Shown: positions 48,301 through 58,814, numbered from the stretch's first letter. The stretch: 64,000 nucleotides of DNA from Thermodesulfobacteriota bacterium (GCA_965223335.1 OZ244991.1:2528001-2592000), one strand, 5' to 3'. Program-made: numbers and translations. The notes: generated by a model not told the origin, from the letters alone.

Positions 48301-49278
48301 ATGGTAAATTCATCTGCAAAAAATTATTCTCTTAAGGTAGTAACAAAGAAAACAGGGCTTACGACTCACACGATACGTGCATGGGAAAGGCGCTACGACG
48401 CCGTCTCGCCTGAGAGGGACCACAACAATCGAAGGTTGTACAGCGAAGATGATATAAAACGCTTAATACTATTAAAGAGGGCAACCGATCAGGGTTTTAG
48501 CATAAGCCATGTTATAAAGTATTCCAACGCCGAGATCGAAAGCCTCATAGGTACACCCGGACTAGACAATACCCCCGAAAATCAAGTCACAGAACTAAGC
48601 ACCGCCGACAAAATAGATAGCCAAGTGAATGGCTATAGCAGATATATCGATTCATTTTTTGAGTCCCTGGAGATTATGGACATACAGGAACTCGAATCCA
48701 TACTGATAAGAGCCTCTACAGAATTCGGCACCGTTGCTTTTGTAGAACACGTGGCAGCCCCTATTATGGACCGGATCGGTCAACAATGGATAAACGGAGA
48801 GCTCAGAGTATCACATGAACACGTTGCCTCTCACGCGATTAAGACATTCTTATCCAACTTGCTCGTGCTCGATAAACCCGTCCCCGGAGCACCTGTAATT
48901 GTGTTCGCTACCCCCTCTGACCAATGGCATGACCTGGGAGCAATAATGGCGGCAATCACGGCTGTGAGCGAGGGTTGGAACCCCGTATACCTGGGCGCTA
49001 ACCTCCCTGCAGATGAAATAGCCGGTGCAGCTATAAATAAAAACGCACTGGCTGTCGGTATCAGTATAGTCTATCCCCCCAACAATCCTTTCGTAGTGGC
49101 TGAGCTCAGAAATCTAAGACGATTTTTACCCAACAACATTTCTATTATCACCGGCGGACAAGCCGCGGTAAGCTATAAATCGGTTCTCGAAGAGATAAAT
49201 GCTTATAGGGTAAGCGACCTCAAAGAACTAAGAAGTGTGTTAAAGTCAATAATGTCCGATATGGCATCCGACAAATAA
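48301..49278 (+). CDS. carH: CarH/LitR-type MerR-family B12-binding photoreceptor repressor
   Basis: RAWERRY in the MerR HTH; W-x9-EH (WINGELRVSHEH); QWHDLG, YLGANLP and TGG of the B12 Rossmann domain. Confidence 0.88.
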   Translation: MVNSSAKNYSLKVVTKKTGLTTHTIRAWERRYDAVSPERDHNNRRLYSEDDIKRLILLKRATDQGFSISHVIKYSNAEIESLIGTPGLDNTPENQVTELSTADKIDSQVNGYSRYIDSFFESLEIMDIQELESILIRASTEFGTVAFVEHVAAPIMDRIGQQWINGELRVSHEHVASHAIKTFLSNLLVLDKPVPGAPVIVFATPSDQWHDLGAIMAAITAVSEGWNPVYLGANLPADEIAGAAINKNALAVGISIVYPPNNPFVVAELRNLRRFLPNNISIITGGQAAVSYKSVLEEINAYRVSDLKELRSVLKSIMSDMASDK

Positions 49279-49594
49279 TTTTCAATCCGTATCTATTTCG
49301 ATGAACTTCCTGCCTCTCATTTGCAACAGTATCCCAACTACCTACTGCAATATCTATTCCTACTCTAAGCCCCTAGAGTCTAGCAATCAGATAACACAAC
49401 CCCCCTCCCCTTCAATTTCAGAGGATGGCATCAGAGCTTGAATGGATTTTAATACGATCAACCTTAAATCTAAATCAATGATGAATTTCAATTTTTCATT
49501 TGTGGTTGTGTTTTATACATATTAATCTATAATTTCGACTATGCGGTGTGTAAGTTTTCGCGGGCACTTGAACTTGCACCGTTATATATAACAG

Positions 49595-49891
49595 ATGAGA
49601 ACGAAAGTCACCAATTCCCTACTGTTATTACTTTTCCTGCAGATATCCGTCACAGGATTAATTTCCAGTGTTGAGTCCAACCAAGGGATGTTGTTCACCA
49701 ACTCGGGCGATTTATCATCAAATCTAGCCCTATTTTGTATCGAAGATGTAGAAGATAAAAGTATTAACCCCCTTAGTTCGTCATATCATTATTACCATCA
49801 CTTTGAGTTAAGACCGAGTTTAACTAACTCAAATGACATGGACGATTACATCCATGGTCTTAACCATTCAAGGTCACCCCCCTGCCTTTAA
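49595..49891 (+). CDS. Putative leader peptide ending in RSPP upstream of trkH
   Basis: N-terminal hydrophobic stretch, His-rich middle, C-terminus HSRSPPCL. Confidence 0.5.
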   Translation: MRTKVTNSLLLLLFLQISVTGLISSVESNQGMLFTNSGDLSSNLALFCIEDVEDKSINPLSSSYHYYHHFELRPSLTNSNDMDDYIHGLNHSRSPPCL

Positions 49892-50018
49892 ATAAAGTCC
49901 ATTCTTAATTTTCTTGAACTTACATATTTAAGGGGTCTCTAGTGCGTGTCCGCCCCTTTAGCCAGCCGTGCATTTTATTATAAAACTGTGCCGGCTGTGG
50001 CGAGTTTAGCACATTATA

Positions 50019-51476
50019 ATGAACATAAAATTAGTTCTCCACATAATCGGTACATTTTTGAAATTCTTCGGTCTTTTACTCCTGATGCCGGCGGTCTGCT
50101 CGTTGGCATACAGAGACGGCGACCTGCATATATTCCTTCTAAGCGCCTTTGTAACCAGCGTGTCGGGGTTGCTGCTGGAAATCGTGTTTAAAGATTCGGA
50201 ACCCATTGATTTAATAGAAAGAAAAGAGGCGTTTGTGATCGCTCTATCCTGCTGGCTTGTGGCTTCGGTGTTTGGGGCAATACCCTATCTATTTATACTC
50301 GAGTTTTCCCATCCCATCGATGCGTTTTTCGAGTCAATGTCGGGGTTTACGACCACAGGGGCATCCGTAATCTCAGAGATCGAGAGCCTCCCCCACGGCA
50401 TACTGTTCTATAGGAGTTTTACCCAGTGGCTGGGTGGGATGGGGATTATAGTGCTGGGTATTGCAATACTCCCCAAACTATCGGTCGGGGGCATACAGTT
50501 AATGGGCTCTGAAACCCCCGGGCCCAGCACCGAAAAGCTAACACCCAAAATCGCAGAGACTGCAAAGAAGTTGTGGTTTGTATACATAGCTCTTACAACA
50601 CTGCTGGTGTTACTGCTTTTTCTCTCCGACATGCCCGTGTTCGATTCGATCACCACATCGTTTAGCACACTGTCTACCGGGGGGTTCTCTGTAAAAAACT
50701 CTAGCATAGAGGGCTACCAGAGCGCCGTAATAGAAGCATTTATCACAGTGTTCATGTTCCTGGGCGGAATAAGTTTCCTGCTTCATTATTTTCTTTTGAC
50801 CGGCAATTTCTCAAAAGTACTTAAGAACTCGGAGCTCAAATTCTATGCCTTTTTAACCGTCATGTTTATTGTTGCGGTAAGCCTCGGGCTCTGGTATACA
50901 CGATACCCGGATTTTCTAGATGCCCTTAGATACTCGTCCTTTCAAGTGGTCTCCATCCTTACCACAACTGGGTTTAGCTCAGCGAACTTCGACCTCTGGA
51001 GCGGGTTCTCGATATTTATACTCTTTGCACTTATGTTTATCGGTGCATGTACGGGCTCGACCTCGGGCTCAATCAAGGCGCTTCGGATATTAGTGGTGAT
51101 TAAAAAGATCTTTGCCAGTGAAGTAAACACACTGATCAAACCAAACGCCGTGATTGTGGTTCGAGTCGACGACAAAACAGTGAGCGAGAAAATTATCTCG
51201 AGCGTAACGAGTTTTATTCTCATCTATCTATTTATATTCATGCTCTCTGTGCTGATCATACTAGCTACGGAGAACATCTCATTTATGGGCGCAATCTCGG
51301 CCTGCGCGGCAAGTATTGGTAACATAGGCCCCGGGTTAAGCGAGGTCGGACCCTCACAGAACTACCAGTTCTTCTCAGGTTTCTCTAAATTATGGTTATG
51401 TTTTTTAATGCTTCTAGGACGCCTCGAGCTCTTTACCGTGCTCGTTATTTTCTCACCATTATTTTGGAGAAAGTAA
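50019..51476 (+). CDS. trkH: TrkH potassium uptake permease
   Basis: FESMSGFTTTG, QWLGGMG, STGGFS, TTTGF, GSTSGSIK, GNIGPG, GRLE. Confidence 0.95.
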   Translation: MNIKLVLHIIGTFLKFFGLLLLMPAVCSLAYRDGDLHIFLLSAFVTSVSGLLLEIVFKDSEPIDLIERKEAFVIALSCWLVASVFGAIPYLFILEFSHPIDAFFESMSGFTTTGASVISEIESLPHGILFYRSFTQWLGGMGIIVLGIAILPKLSVGGIQLMGSETPGPSTEKLTPKIAETAKKLWFVYIALTTLLVLLLFLSDMPVFDSITTSFSTLSTGGFSVKNSSIEGYQSAVIEAFITVFMFLGGISFLLHYFLLTGNFSKVLKNSELKFYAFLTVMFIVAVSLGLWYTRYPDFLDALRYSSFQVVSILTTTGFSSANFDLWSGFSIFILFALMFIGACTGSTSGSIKALRILVVIKKIFASEVNTLIKPNAVIVVRVDDKTVSEKIISSVTSFILIYLFIFMLSVLIILATENISFMGAISACAASIGNIGPGLSEVGPSQNYQFFSGFSKLWLCFLMLLGRLELFTVLVIFSPLFWRK

Positions 51477-51635
51477 CGGCAGTAGGTTGGCTGTACCACA
51501 CCGATAATTAATATAGGTGTATACTCCAAATCATCCGATTGAGGCCCGTCATAGGCTCTACATTATATTGAGTCTTTGTAGTCTAGTCACGCTATTATCC
51601 GCAATATTGTTGGACAGATTTAGAGATAACCTTTC

Positions 51636-52067
51636 TCAGCTCTCAGTCATAGACCATATAAGGGCTAGAACCTCTGTAACATTTACAGGAGACCCGCTTC
51701 CGATATCTGCTGTGTGAACATCTATTGTCTCGCCAAAAATGTTGTAAATCGGCCTCTCCGCTGTACCCTGAAGACTATGCCTTAAGAGATCTATTGGACG
51801 TTCAGCATCGCCATAATCCTGGTGCCAAGAATTGAATACCACCATATCATTGGTTGTTTTGTGTTTTACAATTGCACGTGCTTTGTACTTTCCTTCACTT
51901 GCCACCCACTCGATTGTTGAAAATGGCCATAGTTCATACTGTGTTACCCCGGGCTGGAAATTATAGTTCTTTTTTTCCCCCAGAGTGCCCATAACTTTTA
52001 ACGCTGATAAATCAAGCTTGCTTATGTCTCCTACCCCTTTTTTTCTAATTACGCGTTTTTTAGCCAT
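51636..52067 (-). CDS. Hypothetical protein
   Basis: 143 aa ORF with RBS AAGGAG. Confidence 0.6.
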   Translation of the reverse strand: MAKKRVIRKKGVGDISKLDLSALKVMGTLGEKKNYNFQPGVTQYELWPFSTIEWVASEGKYKARAIVKHKTTNDMVVFNSWHQDYGDAERPIDLLRHSLQGTAERPIYNIFGETIDVHTADIGSGSPVNVTEVLALIWSMTES

Positions 52068-52640
52068 TTGCCCTCTCCTTAATAGATTGAGATATATTAT
52101 TCTTTACATTTAGCACTACATAAATATCTCTTGATTAACCTGGAATAGTCTTCCGTTTGCAGTATTCAATATGACAAAAACGAACCATCGATCATGCATA
52201 AGGTTCCCATACATGTTGATTAGCAAAACACTTCAAGAAATAAATAATGCGCAAAAATGTGAAGATGAATATGCAGGAGCGTATTAGAAGTGACAGGATT
52301 TTTAACCAGCAGCAATGAGCAAAGTGTTTGTAGTTCTGTTATCAAATATCACATTTAGTTAAACTGTTTGTCTCTTAATTAAGATATATTGTAATATCTT
52401 ATCACATGCTGTGTCAAGCAATATTAAACAACACCAACACATAAATAATTCCGTCCATTCTCTACACCGCAACTAAGAAATACGGTTTACTAATACATGA
52501 GGATTGATATTCTATACGACCTTAACCCGCTCGGTATTACAGATGATGTGTCAACCAACACAATCATTCGTAAATGATTGGATGATCTCAATCAATGAGG
52601 TAATAGCATCATGTTCCATAACTCCACTAAGAACGTCAAA

Positions 52641-52721
52641 TCAATTCCCCGTCCAGAGCTGTTTCAGCCTGTCATACTGTGCCCTCGGCATCCTCTCGTC
52701 CGGAACAAACACCGCCGGGAA
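52641..52721 (-). repeat. Orphan 81-bp copy of the 3' end of the GH2-like gene (57345-57425)
   Basis: Encodes FPAVFVPDERMPRAQYDRLKQLWTGN* versus FPAVFVPDERVPRAQFQRLKQLWTGN*; 70/81 nt identical by manual alignment. Confidence 0.9.
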
Positions 52722-52781
52722 TATTATCACAGTTACCTACACACACTTAAAACTAGCTTGTCGGAACTAAACTGACAAGGT

Positions 52782-54347
52782 TTATTTAGCCCTGATGGGT
52801 TTACCGGGATAAACATCCTTCAGCACTTTAGAATCTTTAACAACTACTGTGCCGTTTACTAATACATACGGTATCCCCGTTGCCGGCATTGCCCCTTGTT
52901 TCATCGTAGAGTTATCAGTAACAGTTATCGGGTCAAAGATTACTATATCCGCATCTGCCCCTTCTTGTATCCGCCCCTTCTGAGCCATCTGCTCTACACC
53001 GTTTTCCTCTAGAAATTTAGCCGGGAGGTATGACATCTTCGCTATAGCTGTCATAAGCGGCATAAGGTCTTTTTCCCGAACCATTCGTAATACGATCGAA
53101 TGCGTTCCTGCGGCACGAGGATGGCCCTGTACATCTTCATAAGCAAGGTCCCAATCGACTGCCATAGCGCCAGTCTTGCTCACTGTCATTGGGAATGCAT
53201 CACTGCCGACAGTAGTTCCCGGATGTGCCAATGAGGACAGCATATCATCTTCAGTTGCTCCATAGAACATTACTGATGTACCTGGATTGCTCTTAACCAA
53301 CTCATCATAGCGCTCCTTGGTTAGCGGCTTTAATGTAGCCGTCTCGATTATATCTTTGTATGTACGCCCCATATTAGGGCCATAATTATCAGGCTTTAGA
53401 TAATCAGCACCTACAATAGTTGCCCCGAAGTTATACGGATAAATTTCGGCTACTATCGACATCCCTTTATCACGAGCGTCATCAACAATGTTAAGCGCAT
53501 CCTGTGAGTCACCAAGTGCCTGCTGATGCATGTGCTGAAGCATTAACCCTCCGCCGTACAACGCGGAATTTGCCATAAGTTCTTCAAAACCGAGGATTCC
53601 GGTTGTAGGTGGTTTTTGGCTGGAAAAACGGCCGTGCAAAAATACAGCTCTCCCATATTTAGCGGCAAGCTTTTGCCAACCCGTGATTTCCTTAGATGTA
53701 ACACCGCTAATCATGTAACCCACAGGCACGCCCACACCCAATGCACCCTGTTCCAGCCCCTCTTTTACCATCTCGTCAATTTTTTTGATCTGCTCCTCGT
53801 CAGGTACGGTTGCCGACCATTCCATGTCGACAAAGGAACTCTCGTCCTTGGCAAAAATATCGGTTGTCACAATCCCAGTTTTCGAATTGTATTTCGGGTT
53901 GAACACCTTTTCACGAATACCGAGTGTAGACACTGCCGCCCCGTAATTGGTTTGCGACTTACCCTCCATATAATCATAGAAACGGTCGACCGGATACGCC
54001 CCCACTTCCAAGTCGAGCGGAGTTGTAACCCCGTCCCGGAGCATTAATTTCTGGCCGAAAGGCTGATCAATTATATGTACATGAGTATCAATGAACCCCG
54101 GTGCCACAACATGCTCATCCGCATCAATAGTCTCTTTACCCTCAAGAGTCTTCTCTGTGATCTTTGCTATCTTGCCGTCCTTTATACCGACATTCCTCAC
54201 TGCATCGAGGTTCGTCTCCGGGTCCATAACTCGGCCATTTAATATGACCATATCGTATACCTCTGCCACAGAATTCACTGCACTAATCCCCGCTAGGGCT
54301 AAAGCAGTAAACATAAAGATTGAAAGCAAGGATATAAATTTTCTCAT
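52782..54347 (-). CDS. Secreted N-acyl-D-amino-acid deacylase-like amidohydrolase
   Basis: APGFIDTHVH, GSDA, HPRAAGT, GADADIVIFD; signal peptide. Confidence 0.88.
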   Translation of the reverse strand: MRKFISLLSIFMFTALALAGISAVNSVAEVYDMVILNGRVMDPETNLDAVRNVGIKDGKIAKITEKTLEGKETIDADEHVVAPGFIDTHVHIIDQPFGQKLMLRDGVTTPLDLEVGAYPVDRFYDYMEGKSQTNYGAAVSTLGIREKVFNPKYNSKTGIVTTDIFAKDESSFVDMEWSATVPDEEQIKKIDEMVKEGLEQGALGVGVPVGYMISGVTSKEITGWQKLAAKYGRAVFLHGRFSSQKPPTTGILGFEELMANSALYGGGLMLQHMHQQALGDSQDALNIVDDARDKGMSIVAEIYPYNFGATIVGADYLKPDNYGPNMGRTYKDIIETATLKPLTKERYDELVKSNPGTSVMFYGATEDDMLSSLAHPGTTVGSDAFPMTVSKTGAMAVDWDLAYEDVQGHPRAAGTHSIVLRMVREKDLMPLMTAIAKMSYLPAKFLEENGVEQMAQKGRIQEGADADIVIFDPITVTDNSTMKQGAMPATGIPYVLVNGTVVVKDSKVLKDVYPGKPIRAK

Positions 54348-54397
54348 ACTAACCCCCTCCTAACGATTTAATGTTCATTTTAGAGCTCGTAACCTTG

Positions 54398-55684
54398 TCA
54401 CAGATTTATGCGCCCTCTAAGGCCAAACACAGCAATAACATCCTCGTCCGGGTTTAATGCCGGATCAACCACAAGCTGTATATCGGGTGTAATAATAAGA
54501 TTCTGCAGCACCTGGATACGATAAAAAAGCTCAGCCGTATATTGATCTTTAAGTCCCTCGCCAAAGTTATTCCGAGACGGCTCACCCCAGCTAAGACCCA
54601 ATGCAATCAATCCGTTTTTTTGTTGTGTATAATATCCAAGCCCCACACTAACATCCTTATCCCACAAAGCCCCACCGTCATCCGCATAGCCCGCTCTCAC
54701 AAATGGCTCCCATCTATCATAAAACAACTTATTGAATGAAACAGCTACTCCCCAGCCGCTTGGCACCCCGAGCTTTTTACGCTTATCTGCATGCCAGACT
54801 GTGATGTGAATATTGTCGTTAAATCTATTTTCTAGCGAGCTTATCCACCCGATCTCAATATTCGAGAAATACTCGTGTTCATCAAAAAATGTATTTACAC
54901 TTTCCCACGGATCGGTTGGGTCGCCATTTGTATCTGCAATACCTGCTAATACATATATATGGTTTGTAACCATAACGACTGCGGCCACACCAAGCCCCTG
55001 ACTGGGCAGAGGTATAGTCAGGTTATTCTGAAACGCAGCGTTGTTAAATCCCGTCCATGGATCGACCATACTATAAACATCCACATAGTCAGTTGTATCT
55101 ACAATTCCGACAACAAATCCGACTCGTTCATTAAATAATATTTGTTCCCAAAAAAAATTTGTCAGCTCCCACCCGGAATCACTAAAGGTAGTAGATGTGA
55201 GCCCGGCATATCCAATCTCTGACCCTAGTGCTACCGGTGCTATGTCAGTGCCTAACCTGTGTCGATTCTCAACCTTGTATACAAAACTACCTCGATTCCC
55301 GGATTTTCTTCCCAACAGCTCCCACTTGCCAAAGAAACGAACCACCCCGCTTGCAGCGTTTTTGTCACCCAGGCTCTCGGTGGCAGACTGACCAAGAGCA
55401 TGGTAGTCAAATGAGAATGCCAGTCCGTATTTATTCCTGATCCCTGTTTTGAACTTATAATACGGAGTCCGTATACCCCTAAATGGATCTGCCTTTATCA
55501 AAGAGGGTTTCTCGGTATCGTCGCGCTTTAGAGTTGCACCCACGCTATTTGGCCCGGCAAACTGCGAAGAAGCATTATCCCTCAACTGTACTTCGTTGTT
55601 TTGTTCTGCAAACACAGGAAACACACCCATTACAAATACCAATATAAAAAGCATGAATTTCATAGCATTGCTGTATAAGCCCAT
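54398..55684 (-). CDS. Carbohydrate-selective porin (OprB-like)
   Basis: ELFYR, ITPDIQLVVDPA, terminal beta strand VFGLRGRINL. Confidence 0.85.
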   Translation of the reverse strand: MGLYSNAMKFMLFILVFVMGVFPVFAEQNNEVQLRDNASSQFAGPNSVGATLKRDDTEKPSLIKADPFRGIRTPYYKFKTGIRNKYGLAFSFDYHALGQSATESLGDKNAASGVVRFFGKWELLGRKSGNRGSFVYKVENRHRLGTDIAPVALGSEIGYAGLTSTTFSDSGWELTNFFWEQILFNERVGFVVGIVDTTDYVDVYSMVDPWTGFNNAAFQNNLTIPLPSQGLGVAAVVMVTNHIYVLAGIADTNGDPTDPWESVNTFFDEHEYFSNIEIGWISSLENRFNDNIHITVWHADKRKKLGVPSGWGVAVSFNKLFYDRWEPFVRAGYADDGGALWDKDVSVGLGYYTQQKNGLIALGLSWGEPSRNNFGEGLKDQYTAELFYRIQVLQNLIITPDIQLVVDPALNPDEDVIAVFGLRGRINL

Positions 55685-55749
55685 TTGTCACGATACCCCA
55701 ATCGGCGTGTATCTATTCTGCGATTATCAGACCAGCTCTAATAGCAGTG

Positions 55750-57171
55750 TTAGTTAACTCTTTTTATTGCAGATGGTGTCCAAGTGCCATCTTCTACCTC
55801 GGGCTTCGGTGCATAGATCCGCAGAGTCAGGTTCCATTCACCCTCTTTGGGTGTAGGCAGCCAGTTGGCCTCTTTATCAGCACCCGGAGACTCCGTTTGC
55901 AAGTACATATCCAGTGAACCGTCGTAGTTATACACAAGCGGCATCCAGCTAGAAAGGTTGGCTCTATTGAGTGGGTTAGGTACAGGAAATCCTTCATTGT
56001 CATATAGTGTAATAGACCAGAATGCATCTGCAGGAGGCAGTTCGTCCTTTTCAAAATGAAGCACATAGCTATTGTCACCGGTCATAGGATTGCCATCCGC
56101 ATCAGTTAAAAGTTGCGGATAGATAGCGTCTGACAACTGGTTAGCCCCAAGACCGAACAATGCCACAGCTGCACGTTGCAGATAATCAATTCCGTAAACA
56201 CCCATTGTGCTTACAAGCATTTGCCAGCCGTTTCGCATTGTCCCAAGCTTTTTAACATGTTCCTGCATGAGCTTTAAACCAGTGGACGGTGCATTGTTAA
56301 GGGCTCTTTGAATCTCGGGGTCTAGTTTGCTGAACTCTAGGTCTTTGCCCGGAACAATACCAAGTTGGTTTAGACGTGCAATCTGGCTGAAGTCAGTAGC
56401 CTTTGGCGGGTGAAGCTTCATAAGCTTGGCAGCGTATTCAAAAAACTCCTTGCCCGTCATGCTATTAACCTGTTCCATGGGTGGGGTTTTCATGTCGACC
56501 GAAGAATCTACATTGCCCCCGCGGGCATTCCAGTCCTTGCCCCATTCGGAAAGTGGCGTGATTTTTAGACCGTCCTGAAATTGGTGAACTGCATCGTAGT
56601 CTTTTTCACCATCTGTCTTTGTACGTCCGACGAACCAAATGTATGGAGTTGGCGCATCGACACGTGTAACCCCTTGGGGCAAATCTCCTTCCCACTCTGG
56701 CGCTACATATGCATAATTACCCTCTTTTGTTCCCGTAGTTCGCCAACCCGGAACAGCAAACACATCGGTCCACATATCCAGCGCAGGCATTAAATAATAT
56801 CTCCCGTCACTATCCGGTATCGTAAGTATCATGGGCCCACCGCTTAGGTCCATCCATAAAGACGAATATAATGTATCGAAATTCGGCCGGACCACAGTCT
56901 TAAAATCAAGTGGGGGGAAAGTGCGGAAATGGCCAAAATTATTCATAGGAGCTGAAAAGCCGTTACCATTCCACTTATTTACATTAGTTGTTTGCCTGCG
57001 GGTTATATCCATTAAAACAAGTGGATATAAATAAATATATGCCTCCTGGGCAATAACCTGAGGCTTCAGAGGATTGGCAGCCTCTGCATACAAATAGATC
57101 CCTGACAACCCCTGAACGACGACCAACACCAGTGCTAAAAACAATAACCGTAGTATATTCATTTCTGCCAC
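55750..57171 (-). CDS. DUF1254/DUF1214 domain periplasmic protein
   Basis: EAYIYLYPL, VRPNFDTLYS, FWSITLYD, NWLPTP, LRIYAP. Confidence 0.92.
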   Translation of the reverse strand: MAEMNILRLLFLALVLVVVQGLSGIYLYAEAANPLKPQVIAQEAYIYLYPLVLMDITRRQTTNVNKWNGNGFSAPMNNFGHFRTFPPLDFKTVVRPNFDTLYSSLWMDLSGGPMILTIPDSDGRYYLMPALDMWTDVFAVPGWRTTGTKEGNYAYVAPEWEGDLPQGVTRVDAPTPYIWFVGRTKTDGEKDYDAVHQFQDGLKITPLSEWGKDWNARGGNVDSSVDMKTPPMEQVNSMTGKEFFEYAAKLMKLHPPKATDFSQIARLNQLGIVPGKDLEFSKLDPEIQRALNNAPSTGLKLMQEHVKKLGTMRNGWQMLVSTMGVYGIDYLQRAAVALFGLGANQLSDAIYPQLLTDADGNPMTGDNSYVLHFEKDELPPADAFWSITLYDNEGFPVPNPLNRANLSSWMPLVYNYDGSLDMYLQTESPGADKEANWLPTPKEGEWNLTLRIYAPKPEVEDGTWTPSAIKRVN

Positions 57172-57344
57172 TCCCCCTCGCTAATTGAATTAGCAATAAA
57201 TATACTTCGATAACAAACTACTCTATGATATATGAATATATCAAAAATTCGTTAGATTTGCCAGCAATAGATATTAAAACACCGGATCCTATTCGTATTA
57301 TTGTATACTGACTGACTGACCTACACACTAGACCTAACGCTTAT

Positions 57345-58814
57345 CTAATTCCCCGTCCATAGCTGTTTAAGCCTCTGGAACTGTGCCCTCGGCACCCTCT
57401 CGTCGGGAACAAACACTGCCGGGAACGTGCCGGGTGTGGCCCTTTTCAGAATGATGGAGTTTATACCGAATGCCTCTTCATCCCAGCAACCGCCTGGGAA
57501 ATTAGTATTTATCCCTGGGGACTGGTTTTGAACATTCTTGTTGCCCGACTTCCAGTACTCATCCACCCATGAAAAAACTATCCCACCTGCAGCCACGTCT
57601 AAATTAGCCTCTATATCCTTCCAGTGCCCTTCAAGGTAATCCGCAACGGATTCTTGTTGAGAGGACGATAAAGTCTTGAAGGAACCATCGGGACAATATT
57701 TATTGTCAGCTATTGTCTTAAAGCTGGCGTCTCCTGGCGCTACAGGTACTCCTAGAGCAGACTCGATCTCGGTCCTAGTACTTGAGGGAGGGCCGAACTC
57801 TGTAACAATGAGCGGCTTGTTGCTAACTGCATGAAACGAGTTAAAGAGGGTGTCGAAATTATTCTGCCCTTGGGTTGTATTACCCCTATAAGAGTTAATA
57901 CCCCAAATATCAATATTTGAGACCGGAAAATTATTCTTTGAGACTTCCTGCAGAGTAACCATAGTGTCATCTATAAGAGCTACCATAGTCTCTTTTTCAG
58001 GTGCAATGGTTTTAAGCTCTCCTGCAAGATCATTTAGGTAGGTCCAAAACCTCGGATTGACTCTGCTCTGGGGGCTATTTTTTTCGTTCGTAAGAACCCA
58101 CCCGAACACCGCCGGATGGTTCTTATATTTCTCGGCAAGTGCAAGGTACGCTACTCTGTCCGACTCCCTCCTTTGAGCAGCAGTCTGCTGCCCCAGCCAA
58201 AGGAACCCTGGTTGCAGGCTCTCTTCATCCTCGACCCAAACTTGCTCAGCACTATCGGGCCCCGTGGGCAACACTACAAAGAACGACCCGTCCGTAGGCG
58301 GCTCCGGCACAATCTTGTACCTAAACGCCTCGTCTCCAATGGGGTATGTAATAAACACACATATTCCCGCTTCAAACGCCATATCTAAAAATTTTGTGTG
58401 GTCCCTCTCAGCCACAGGATTATTCGGGTTGGAAGGCCCGTTCTGCGGGTGCCACGGGAACATTCCATAAATACGGATTGTGTTTACACCCATCTCTTTC
58501 ATGAGTTGAAAATCAACCTCGTGTACTGGGTTAAAATAATCAAAAAACACGTCCCCTATCTTGTCATCATCATCAAAGGTGGCACCGATAGGTATAGGGG
58601 AATAATTCACTCCTCTTACAGTAAAAGGCTGGCCGTTTAAGAGTAGTCCCCTGCCCGCAACTGTAATTTCCAAAGCCCCTTCCAAATCATGTATATCCGT
58701 AACTGTTTCCGTGCCTGAATCACTGCTGTCGCATGCAGTAAATAAAGCTCCTACCGTAAATACCAAAGCTAATGCAAATAGAATATTTGTCCTCATCATA
58801 CTTTCCTCCCGCAT
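57345..58814 (-). CDS. Glycoside hydrolase family 2-like TIM-barrel lipoprotein
   Basis: GVNTIRIY, HPAVFGW..NE (acid/base), PLIVTEFG (nucleophile), FSWVDEYWK; lipobox FTAC. Confidence 0.8.
   Translation of the reverse strand: MREESMMRTNILFALALVFTVGALFTACDSSDSGTETVTDIHDLEGALEITVAGRGLLLNGQPFTVRGVNYSPIPIGATFDDDDKIGDVFFDYFNPVHEVDFQLMKEMGVNTIRIYGMFPWHPQNGPSNPNNPVAERDHTKFLDMAFEAGICVFITYPIGDEAFRYKIVPEPPTDGSFFVVLPTGPDSAEQVWVEDEESLQPGFLWLGQQTAAQRRESDRVAYLALAEKYKNHPAVFGWVLTNEKNSPQSRVNPRFWTYLNDLAGELKTIAPEKETMVALIDDTMVTLQEVSKNNFPVSNIDIWGINSYRGNTTQGQNNFDTLFNSFHAVSNKPLIVTEFGPPSSTRTEIESALGVPVAPGDASFKTIADNKYCPDGSFKTLSSSQQESVADYLEGHWKDIEANLDVAAGGIVFSWVDEYWKSGNKNVQNQSPGINTNFPGGCWDEEAFGINSIILKRATPGTFPAVFVPDERVPRAQFQRLKQLWTGN

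Noticed and set aside
49892..50018. c-di-AMP (ydaO) riboswitch upstream of trkH
   Set aside because: Hairpins are present, but I could not match the conserved ydaO sequence blocks by eye; a covariance-model search is needed.
52504..52770. 88-aa plus-strand ORF
   Set aside because: It is antisense to the duplicated GH2 3' fragment, has a TTG start and shows no coding features.
52641..57425. Diversity-generating retroelement TR/VR pair suggested by the duplicated gene 3' end
   Set aside because: Mismatches are not adenine-specific (G/C, G/T and T/C occur), several are synonymous, and no reverse transcriptase is in the window.
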